64,000 nt of DNA from Octopus bimaculoides (taxonomy: Eukaryota): the NCBI RefSeq assembly GCF_001194135.2, contig NC_068988.1, positions 28,279,916 through 28,343,915 of the forward strand, given 5' to 3'. The translations under genes were made by a program, and so were the position numbers. Numbering within the stretch: position 1 is the stretch's first letter; each line of letters starts with the position of its first letter. Positions 53,451 through 64,000 of this stretch are shown here, one piece after another. Under the pieces are notes generated by a model, which did not search any database, was not told where the DNA came from, and worked only from the letters and a program-made list of their open reading frames with translations.

Positions 53451-53575
53451 CAGGTGGTCAGAGTGCATAGTAATAACTGAGAAATTCCATCAGAAGAACT
53501 TTTGTCAGATCCCGGAACAAGATTGGTAGAAGATACGAGCAAGAAGATAACAAGAACAGACAAAGCTGGCATTGA
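53451..53575 (-). CDS. Candidate coding exon SMPALSVLVIFLLVSSTNLVPGSDKSSSDGISQLLLCTLTT(C), with a hydrophobic signal/TM-like stretch
   Basis: Strong donor CTG|gtaagt; moderate acceptor tttagatttag (a stronger acceptor at 53659 would make the upstream part UTR). Its phase-2 end joins the 46188 exon. Confidence 0.45.
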
Positions 53576-53886
53576 CTAAATCTAAACAACATACCTTCTT
53601 ACAAATAATATTTCCAATGCTATTCATACAGCAAACAGAATTTATTCCTTGATATCATCTGATAAAGCAAAGACAAGTTTGTTTACTTATCAACATACCG
53701 CATATCATATATGACACATCCATTACTTCCTTGCAATAAGCCAGTCAAGAAAATGTGTGGCTGCACCACATCTAGTAAATAGCTCCATGTACAAAAGTTC
53801 TTAAAATTATGAGATGTTCTGCCAAAGTTGTTTGCCCCAAAGTTTTTTTACTCATTCTAAAGATTTAATTATTAACATTATTTATA

Positions 53887-54050
53887 AGGTGGAGGCATGG
53901 CTGTGTGGTAAAAAGCTTGCTTCCCAACCACATGGTTCCAGGTTCAGTCCCACTGCATGGCACCTTGGGCAAGTGTCTTCTACTATAGCCTTGGGCCGAC
54001 CAAAACCTTGTGAGTGGATTTGGTAGACGGAAACTGAAAGAAGCCCATCG

Positions 54051-54081
<31 letters not shown>

Positions 54082-54147
54082 TGTGTTTACATCCCCATAA
54101 CTTAGCAGTTTGGCAGAAAAGACCAATAGAATAAGAGCTGGACTTAA
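53887..54147 (+). mobile_element. SINE family A
   Basis: ggcatggctgtgtggtaaaaagcttgcttcccaaccacatggttccaggttcagtcccactgcatggcaccttgggcaagtg. Confidence 0.8.
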
Positions 54148-55229
54148 ATGAGCATATGGTTCACTAAATTAAGAAGTGTTTCTGGGTTCAGTCCCACTGT
54201 GTGGTACCTTTGGCAAGTGTCTTCTACTATAGCCTCAGGCCAACTAAAGTGGATTTGATAGATCGAAACTGAAAGTAGCCTCTGTGTGTGTGAGTGTGTA
54301 TGTGTGTGTGTGTGAGTGTGAGTGTATGTGTGTGTGCGTGTGCGTGTGCGTGCATGCATGTATGTACCAGTGTTGATGATATGAAAAGAATTACCTAATA
54401 CAAACTCTAAGGTGGTTGGCATCAGGAAGGGCATCCAGCCACAGAAACCATGTCAAAGCTAACACTGGAGCCTGATGCAGCCCTGTGGTTTGCCAGGTCC
54501 TGTCAAACCGTCCAACCCATGCCAGCATGGAAAATTGATGTAAATGATGATGATATCGCTCTCTCTCTCTCTCTCTCTTGGAGAGGCACAATCACCTACA
54601 CACACATACACACATGCAGCAGTAACTTCCACCTACCAAATTCAATTACCAAGCTTCGGTTGGCCTGGGGCTATAGCAGAGGACACTTGCCCAAGGTGCC
54701 ACGCAGTGGGACTGAACCTGAAACCATGTATCTGGGAAGCAAGCTTCCTAACCACACAGCCATGCTCGCACCTACATATGTATATAATAGTGTGTGTATG
54801 TTTGTGTCTCCTTGTCTTGACGTTGCCTGATTGTTGTAAATGAATGATATTTCATTGCCAAAATTCTGTGGAAATATGTCTGGCCATGAGAAAATATCAC
54901 CTTGTTTCGAAACAGGTGAGGGCATATGGCCATAAAAAATTTGCCTCAATAAACTCCATCTGGTACATGCAAGCATGGAAAAGTAGATGTTAAAACGATG
55001 ATGATGATGATGATGATGTTTCAAATTTAGCAATTCAATAAAAATTTTCCTTGGGAGTCATCTTCGAAACAAAAACACACATATCAATCAATTTTTCTAA
55101 GTCTCCACAAGCTGGCAACAACCGAAAATTATATCTTCTGTAAAATCAACGGAAATAACTAGTTTTAAATCTCTACTTTATACATTTTATTCCCCCTGAT
55201 CCTTTCAACTTGATGACAGCAAGATTTAC

Positions 55230-55284
55230 AGTTTGACTAATTATATGTTCCAGTAGACGCGCAATGTCAGCAACAGAAAAAACT
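55230..55284 (-). CDS. Weak candidate exon VFSVADIARLLEHIISQT
   Basis: Donor ACT|gtaaat, weak acceptor tacttaag. Its phase-0 end fits the 53575 exon; the peptide looks helical. Confidence 0.3.
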
Positions 55285-55656
55285 CTTAAGTATATTTTAA
55301 CAGTTTTACATTTATTTTTCCCACCAAGTTAAAATAGGTGAAATGGTTTTCAAAACTAACAAACTGGTTCATTTTTTATGTGAATTATTGAAGCAAAGAT
55401 TTCTACAGCTGTATCACTTTCTTACAGGCAAGCATTCAACTACAAAGTGACACCAGCTTTCTGCTACATAAGCAGAGACACATGAAATGGTTTATCTGAA
55501 ATGGGTCATTTGAAATGGCTCATATGTTATATAGTGTAGTTGTTTACCAACGGCTCAGCCTGTAACTGAGTCATTTCTATGATCAAAGAAGCCCTAATCA
55601 TGATTCATTACCATCTTTTCTTTTTATGCACATGATATATTTAAGGCTGCAAAGTC

Positions 55657-55818
55657 TATTCTTTGTAAGCCCAGTATTTATTCTATCGGTCTCTTTTTGC
55701 CGAACCGCTAAGTTACGGGGACGTAAACACACCAGCATCGGTTGTCAAGAGATGTTGGAAGGACAAACACAGACACACAAACACACACACACAAACACAC
55801 ACACACACACATATATAT

Positions 55819-55875
<57 letters not shown>

Positions 55876-56037
55876 TATATACAATGGGCTTCTTTCAGTT
55901 TCTGTCTACCAAATCCACTCACAAGTCTTTGGTCGGCCCAAGGCTATAGTAGAAGACACTTGCCCAAGGTGCCACACAGTGGAACTGAACCCGGAACCGT
56001 GTGGTTGGTAAGCAAGCTACTTACCACACAGCCACTC
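55657..56037 (-). mobile_element. SINE family A
   Basis: Near-identical to the 62-kb copy, with an expanded (CA)/(TA) centre. Confidence 0.85.
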
Positions 56038-57204
56038 TTTACAATAATTTAAAAATTTATATAAGTTTATGAATGACAGTTGTAAAAAACAAAGTTGTGT
56101 AAAGAATTTAATTGAGAAAAATAAACCTCAGCTCCAGTCAATTTAAATAACTTTATGTCGATCTCAGTAAACATATTTAAAAGCATAAAATTTTTTAAAA
56201 AAAACACATATACAAATTAATACTGAAGTGGAAAATCAAATAAAATACATATGAAAATATGTACAAATCATTTATTAAAACAGAGATGAGTTAATAAATG
56301 ATTTTTTAAATGTTTTCCCATATTATGTCATTGTTTGCATTACGTCACATGTTCTGGAACAAATTACAGATGCAAGTTGGGCTATGCCTGTATAGGGAAA
56401 TTTCTGAAAAGTTGCATATGGAAGTTTGATTTTATCTTAGCAGGATTTAAAAGATATTTTAAATGAAATTTATTTACATTGTGACAGTTTATCACTATAA
56501 GCAATCAACTGAACTTTTTTTTACCTTAAATTCTAAGGTTATGTAACAGTTATCATTGCTCAAATTAACATTTTTGGTAAAATCTAAATAAAAGTACATT
56601 TGTATTGATAACTCAAAATGTGAATATTAATAATATTGTTTAACCGAAGCTAAACCTTAATAAGGCAGCTATCTCAAGGTGAAATCTGTGCATCAAAACA
56701 ATGATTCAGAAGCTACTAAGTCTGCTGTGCTAAAAACTCTACTACCAAAATTGTATCTTATCTTTTAACTGTTTCAGTTATTCAACTGTGGCCATGCTGG
56801 GGCATTGGCTCAAAGGATTTTAATTGAATAAATCAATCCTGGTACTTTTTGTTTTCTGAAGTCTGCTACTTACTCTGTTGGTCTCTTTTGGTGAAACAAC
56901 ACAAAGCCCCACCCCCACACACACACACATACCTACATATAGATAGCCTTCCACACATTTCCAAATAAACTCACAAAGCATTGGTCAGCCCAGGGCTAAT
57001 GTAGAAGATACTTGCCCAAGGTGCCACACAATGGGACTGAACCTGGAATGAAGTGGTTGGGAAGTTTCTTAACCATAACAATCTCACCTATACCTCTTGA
57101 GAGACAGCTCCACTGCATAGAACATTGGGCAAGTGTCTTTTTTTATAGTCTTCAGCCAATCAAAACCTTGCGAATGGATTTTGTAGACAGAAACTGAAAG
57201 AAGC

Positions 57205-57357
<153 letters not shown>

Positions 57358-58682
57358 TTGCCCTGCCTGGTGAATCTGCACCAACAGAGGTGCAACCTCC
57401 TACAAACAGAACAGGATTGTAGGGGCACAAAGAAAATGCAAACTATGCAAGTCCAGAACCGACTCCACACCTTCAGTCCCAGCAGACCACCAGTAGGGCC
57501 TTCTGAGCAGCCACTTGAATTATCGGCCACAGCCAGACACACCCTGCTCCATCTTCTTTTCCTATGTAATGTCCTTGGTCACCATCAACAATGATGGATG
57601 AACTAATAGTGTGTGTGTGTGTGTGTCAGCATCTTTCCTGTCTTGACATCTTGTGATAGTCGTAAATGAGTGTCACTGTCACACAAGCAGTGTTGTTCAT
57701 ATCCAATATTCTAAGAAAACATATCTGGCAATATGGGAATATGACCTTGGATGGAAATGGGTAAGGGTTGGCAACAGGAAGGGTACCTGGATGCAGGAAA
57801 TCTACCTCAAAGAATTCTATGTCATCCATGCAAGCAAGGGAAAATGGCCATTAAAAACAATGAAGATGATGATGATGATCTAACTTCTGCACTACTGGGT
57901 CTACAAGATCAGAACTGACTGAGGAGCTACACAATAACAAGGACATTTAGTCTGTTCTGAACATGATATCTCCTTATGCATGAAAACAATTGGTGCAACT
58001 GGCCAAAAGCTATCCTTGACCTGATTTACAAAAAAAAAACAAGCAAAAAATAATAAACTTTGCTTCAACTTGAAAGGAAACAGACATATTCTATGTCCAA
58101 TTGAATGCAGTAGTAGCCTCGTTTAAATACATATTATACCTTTACACCTGAAGCCAAAGTTGCACCCAGCTTGTTAAAATACTGATCAAATTCAATCACA
58201 CTCTATTTTATTCCCCGACTGAATTCATTATAGCTAAAAGGTCAAGTGGTCTGAAAGAAGCCGAGCCAAAGGTCATAACCTGATATACTAGGTTATTGTT
58301 AGTTTGAAGGACATCATCAAACAACTTCTCCACACCCAGTTTTATTTTCAAATTCAGTAGAGGTTTCCTGTTTCTAGTGTATGTCACCAACACATTTTCC
58401 AGAACACACTGCAATATTCTGAGGTGATCAAAGTGACATCTTGTACAGACCTCTCTTATTGTAACTAATTTAACACTTTCTCTACCAAGCTCATTTTGTG
58501 CCATAATTTCTTGTGTAGAGCTCTCTTATTGTTGCTTATTTAACATTTTGTCTACCAATCCCATTCTGTGTCATATTTTCTTTTGCACAAGTGGTCTAAT
58601 TTTGCCATAAATTATGCATTTTTAAAATTTTTTAACCATATATATGTTCTAGCTCACCATATAAGCTACCACACTGACTTAC

Positions 58683-58732
58683 AGTTTGAGTGTCTCCAGT
58701 AACTCCCAAGGCACAGAACAAATATATTCATT
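58683..58732 (-). CDS. Candidate 50-bp exon (NEYICSVPWELLETLK or MNIFVLCLGSYWRHSN; could be 5'UTR)
   Basis: Acceptor aacttccacaatacag, strong donor CT|gtaagt; two frames are open. Confidence 0.3.
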
Positions 58733-58939
58733 CTGTATTGTGGAAGTTACAGGTGATACACATTAAAAAGTGTTAAGATGCTCATTATACCTCTATTTAA
58801 GGATGCTTTTCCCATTTATCAATGAATTTTTTTTAACAGATTATATATATAAGCCTGAATAGCTTCTTTTTCAGAAAAATTATTTTGTAGAGGGCATCAC
58901 TCAAATGATGGAGATGACAGTGACCTGCATCCTTCTTAC

Positions 58940-58980
58940 TGTCCTATTTCAGCTTCTATTGATTCAAATTGAAACCCCAT
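58940..58980 (-). CDS. Candidate 41-bp exon MGFQFESIEAEIG (could be 5'UTR)
   Basis: Strong acceptor tttatttgtctttctcag and donor ACA|gtaaga. Preceded by a 98-bp GT-AG intron (58981-59078) with donor ATG|gtgagt. Confidence 0.4.
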
Positions 58981-59077
58981 CTGAGAAAGACAAATAAATG
59001 TGATCTGTACATTTCAGAAAATTCAGATAATGTAGTTTGAACTACAGTAATGTGAGGTTCCATAGAGAAAGGACTCA

Positions 59078-59247
59078 CCATTGGGAGTCACTGGTGACTC
59101 CCATGGTATAAAACGAATACAGCATGGGGAGTCACTGGAGACATTCTATGCTATGTTAAGAACATAGCATAGGGAGTCACTGTTGACTACTATGGTAGTC
59201 TTGACTACCAAGAATATAGCACGGAGAGCCATCAGTGACTCCCATGG
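59078..59247. repeat. Multi-hairpin element built from the CCATGGGAGTCACTG motif
   Basis: Terminal inverted copies at 59078-59093 and 59233-59247, direct copies at 59123 and 59168, local stems at 59078-59106, 59146-59172 and 59193-59210. Confidence 0.85.
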
Positions 59248-60149
59248 GAGGCAAAATGTTGAGTGTTTCAAAATAGGGCAAAACAAGAGAAGACACAAAG
59301 TTTGGCTACAAATTCATATTCATAAATTGTGACGAAAGCAATGAATAAAATTTAAAAGAAATCCCAGTGTGTTTTTGAGATTATTCTATAAAGAGACTCT
59401 AATTAATGATAAGAAATATAAATAGTAATTAAGAATTGTTTCACAACAAATTTAAAGAGGTGGTTGAGAAAATATAAATCAAGAAAAACGAAGATACACT
59501 TCAACAAAAAAACAAAAACATTTCAAACTTGAGTGAAAGACAGAAATAACCATAGTTTATTTTGTAAACTGTTGCTTCAAAGTGGGGGAAGGACTTAAGA
59601 GCAAAAAAATGGTTTGTTCTATAAATAGCAGCCAAAGACCATCAAAAACACTTCCATATTTATTAATGCAGCATGGCCTTTTATACTTGAGTAATAGCAA
59701 CTCTAAATATTGTATATTTATATAGCATGGCCTTTATATATCTTCAACCATAGAGAGCATTTATATTCTGTTTGTCAAGACTAAATAAATAAATAAAGAA
59801 CTGATAATTTCTGCAAGCCATCGTGTCGTTTACAGGGTACTAGGAAATACTATAAATTCTCATTTCTCCTAATAATCTTATCAATCAAATGTCTTCGTTA
59901 AAATATAAACTGTGAAATTAAAAAAACAAAAAACATACAATTTAAAAAAAGTTTCCTTTTCCACTTTATCTTGCCCATGGTGAAGATAGTGCATGTTTGT
60001 TTTCCATAAACACTAAATAAGTAAGAATAAAGCTACATCAGTGAAGGAGAGAATTTAAACAGTTCCATTACAGATATGCTGTACAAACAGCATTTAATGG
60101 GTAATTTTCAATTTATTAGTAACCATCAAACAGTTCAAAAGGATATGCG

Positions 60150-60450
60150 AGGTGTGGGCAAGGCAGTGTGGTAAGGACATTGCTTTCAAACCATATGGTT
60201 ACAAATTCAGTCCCATTGCATGACACCTTGGGCAAATGTCTTCTACTATAGCCTCAGGCCAACCAAAGCCTTGTGAGTGGCTCTGATAAATGGAAACTGA
60301 AAGAAGCTGGTTTTATGTGTGTGTATGTGTGTGTATGTCACCACCACTTGACAACCAGTGTTGCTATGTTCACACCCCTGTAACTTAGCAGTTTGGCAAA
60401 AGAGGTTGACAGAATTAGTACCAGGCTTAAGAAAGTACTGGGGTTAATTC
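60150..60450 (+). mobile_element. SINE family A
   Basis: Head, core, (TG)n and tail; abuts family C and B fragments. Confidence 0.75.
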
Positions 60451-61952
60451 ATCATCCTCATCATTTAACGTCCACTTTCCATGCTAGTATGGGTTGGACG
60501 GTTTGACAGGCACTGACTAGGCACCATGCTTCGCTGTCTGTTCTGGCATAATTTTTACAGTTGGATGCCCTTCCTAACACCAACCACTCTGCAGAATGAA
60601 CTGATCCGCCAAAATGGACTTTACTTTTCATCCTTTAAGAGTCGATAAAATAGTACCAGCTGAGCACTGGGGTCGATGTAATTGACTTACCTCCTCCCAC
60701 AAAATTCCTGACCCTATGGGATGGTCATGGTTAGAATACCTCTGATTATAGGTCTGCTTCATCAGAGATGACCAAGAAACTGAGTTTTGAGTCATTGCAG
60801 CAATGGATATTGCAAACTGTCCATGTGCCTTAAAGCTTCAATTTATTTGTGTCTCTAACACAGTATGTTGAGTTCTCGTCAGATCAATCTAATGAATTTT
60901 AAAGTTTCAATTAGAAAATAAATGTCTTCTCTCTAAAAAAATAATTTTAAAATAAATGCTCTTTTTAATCAATGACTCACTTTAATGTTTGCAACGGATG
61001 AGATATTACCTATATTGGCTGCTAGTAAGAGAAAAGGTGTGGTTATGAATATAAAATTAACTAATTCATAAATCATTGTCACCCCATCCTTCCATCCCCT
61101 GCCATCACCATCATTCTCACCACCTTTATCACCCTCTCCTATACCAGCATCATCATTGTTTAAAATCTGTTTTCCATGCTGGCATGGGTTGAACGGTTCG
61201 ACTGGGATCTGGGAAGCCAGGAGGCTGCACCAGGCTCCAATCTGATCTGGCAGTGTTTCTACAGCTTACAAAGAATAAGTCCTGCGGTCTGTTTGTTCGA
61301 CTAGAGGCGGTGCTCCAGCATGGCTGCAGTCAAATGACTGAAACAAATAAAAGAATTAAAAAATATGTATACACGATGGGTTTCTTTCAGTTTCTCTCTA
61401 CTAAATCTACTCACAAGGCTTTGATCTACCCAAGGCTATAGTAGTAGACACTTGCTCAAGGTGCCATGCAGTGGGACTGAACCAGGAACCATGTGGCTGA
61501 GAAGCAATATTTCTTACCACAAAACTACGCCTACATCTATTTACCGATTTTCTTTTTCTCCTGATACAAACCAGCACAAGTTTCCTTGGATTATTTCTTT
61601 AATTAATTAATTAACTGGTTAATTAATTAATCAGTCTTTATTGTAGACTTACATCAAGATTTTAAAATATTATTGTACTGTGCTAAAGAGATACTGCTGT
61701 TGCTGACTACTATTTTGATATTTGTGAGGATTACAGATTGGAAGCCAGCAGCTCTCAGTGAGCCTTTCATATTCCTATGATTACAAAGGGAAAAGAATTA
61801 ATTACTATTAAAAGATATACCAGAAAAGATGATGAAACTCTAGAAGAAATAATTCTTTTGTAAAGAAAAACCATAAATATAAAATAAAACAGTGATTTTT
61901 GCTTTTAGTCATTTATGGCAGAAATAAAACCTAAGTAAGCTTAAATTATTTT

Positions 61953-62267
61953 ACTTATTCTTTGTAAGCCTAGTACTTATTCTATCAGCCTCTTTTGCTG
62001 AACCGCTAAGTTACAGGGACGTAAACACAGCAGCATCGGTTGTCAAGCGATGTTGGGGGGACAAACACAGACACACACACACACACACATATANNNNNNN
62101 NNNCGACGGGCTTCTTTCAGTTTCCGTCTACCAAATCCACTCACAAGGCTTTGGTCGGCCCGAGGCTATAGTAGAAGACACTTGCCAAAGGTGCCACGCA
62201 GTGGGACTAAACCCGGAACCATGTGGTTCGTAAGCAAGCTACTTACCACACAGCCACTCCTACGCCT
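61953..62267 (-). mobile_element. tRNA-derived SINE family A (CORE-like centre, internal (TG)n), young copy
   Basis: Head with A box (gtggctgtgtggt) and B box (ggtttagtccc), then ggcacctttggcaagt (CORE-like), (TG)n and a conserved tail; CpGs retained. About 25 copies or fragments in the window. Confidence 0.85.
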
Positions 62268-63356
62268 AGCTAATATATTTTAAAATGTTAGATAAGAACC
62301 AAATTTTCCATGTAAATGTTAATGAGAAATGGGGAAAATTAAGAATGTGAATTGCCAAAAAGACTTTGAAGCCCTATAAGTATATGAGGAATTGAGTAAA
62401 GAACTTCCATTGCTTTTAATTATTAATAACTCTTACAGGAAGAGAAAATCTAACAAAAGTGGTGAGTGAAAGCTTTGCTCAAACTGGATTAGGTGAAGAT
62501 TATTAGTAAAAGCAGCTTTGTTAATGAAGAGGATGACCTTGAATGCAATATTTCATGAATGATATTCCATTAGTCAGAGAATCAGAGTGAAATAGTGAAT
62601 TATTATGAGTCACTCAGTGCTAAAATCATCATCATCACCATCATCATTTAACATCTGTTTTCCATGCTGGCATGGGTTGGATGGTTTAACAGGAGCTGAC
62701 AAGGCCAGAAGCTGCACCAGGTTCCATTGCCTGCTTAGGCATGGTTTCTGCAGCTGGATGCCCTTCCTAATGACAACCACTTTACAGAGTGTACTGGGTG
62801 TTTTTTCCATAGAACCAGAAACTGTGCTTCTTATGTGACACCATCACCAATACATTTTACGTAGAACCAGCACCAGTTTCTTTTTCATGGCACTAGTACC
62901 AGTGAAACAGTTCCTAATTTTGAATAAGAAGCCAAAATACTTCATTTTAATAAGAATATTGCTAAGAATGTATCTGAAGGAAGTCTAAACACAGGAACAG
63001 AAAATAATTCATAAAGTGTAGTGTTAATTAGATGAGATTGACGATGGTACAATTCTTTCCGTTTCTTTTTGTTTAAGGAAATAATTAAGTTATGAAAGCT
63101 GTATGTTCTTATATTTTATCAATGGCAAATTAAATGGAAAGTTCCAAGTCTCATTTTTCCATTTTTTCCTGCTCACATGAGTTACATGAAATTTGCTGAG
63201 GCAGATTTTTCTATGGCTGGTTGCCCTTCCCGATGCTAACCCTCGTGATCAGACATGTTTTCGCAGACGATTGGAAATGAAGGACACCCCTTGCATAATG
63301 GTGACATTTGCTTGCAACTATTACATGATATCAAGACAAGGAGACAGTAACACACG

Positions 63357-63396
<40 letters not shown>

Positions 63397-64000
63397 TACA
63401 TACACATACCTACATGTGCACACATGTGCATGCATGCACACACACACACACATAAATGACAATCTTCTATTCAACTTCCTGCTCCCAAATCCTTTTGAGG
63501 TTTTGGTTGACCTGCGGCTATAGCAGAAGACACTTGTTCAAAGTGCCACACAGTGGGACTAAACCCGAAACCATGTGGTTGGGAAGCAAACTTCTTACCA
63601 CACAGGCATGCCTGTTATTTATAGTTATTTTCATAAAGCAAACCAGTTCATAAAGTTAGTGTTAAGCTCAAATTTGTTAATCCGGCAGGAAATTAGAAGA
63701 CTTTCCTTAGATAGGATAATAATCTACTGCAATTAACAGTGGACAGACTAAACCTCATATGAAACACTTCACCAAGTCCTTCTTACCCATACCTGAAACC
63801 CTATAAAATACTCCCACCCTCCCAGGCCCATATTTCTCATTGACCTACAGATGCTCAAGATAAGCTTCAATTACATCAATGACTGCAAACTTGGTAAATT
63901 AGCAAATATTAAAGACATTGCTTCTCTTTTGCTCTTCAAGAGATATGGTTTTATCTTTTGTATTTTTTTTTGTTCCTTTTATAAGCTGGTTCTAATCATC

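Noticed and set aside
58208-58504. 98-aa minus-strand ORF
   Set aside because: It partly overlaps a tandem duplication, has no recognisable motif and no matching donor.

Overview
AT-rich, gapped eukaryotic draft-genome sequence with 8 N-gaps. The repeat families (four SINE-like families with microsatellite tails, mariner fossils, RTE and RLE LINE fragments) match my recollection of octopod cephalopod DNA; this assignment is inference, not a database result. About half the window is interspersed repeat and microsatellite, and most listed ORFs are microsatellite or SINE artefacts. There is no CRISPR array, rRNA, true tRNA gene or intact transposase. Secure calls: a 5'-truncated R4/Dong-type RLE LINE inserted in (TAA)n (20.7-21.5 kb), two mariner transposase fossils, RTE fragments, a TTAA-flanked piggyBac-type MITE family (at least 8 copies) and several long inverted repeats. 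Less secure: a chain of phase-compatible, splice-site-bounded exons on the minus strand (59.1 to 38.8 kb) encoding a protein I do not recognise. Its putative start codon sits inside a multi-hairpin element. A near-perfect RFX X-box lies at 12.2 kb. Repeat coordinates are approximate to a few tens of bases.
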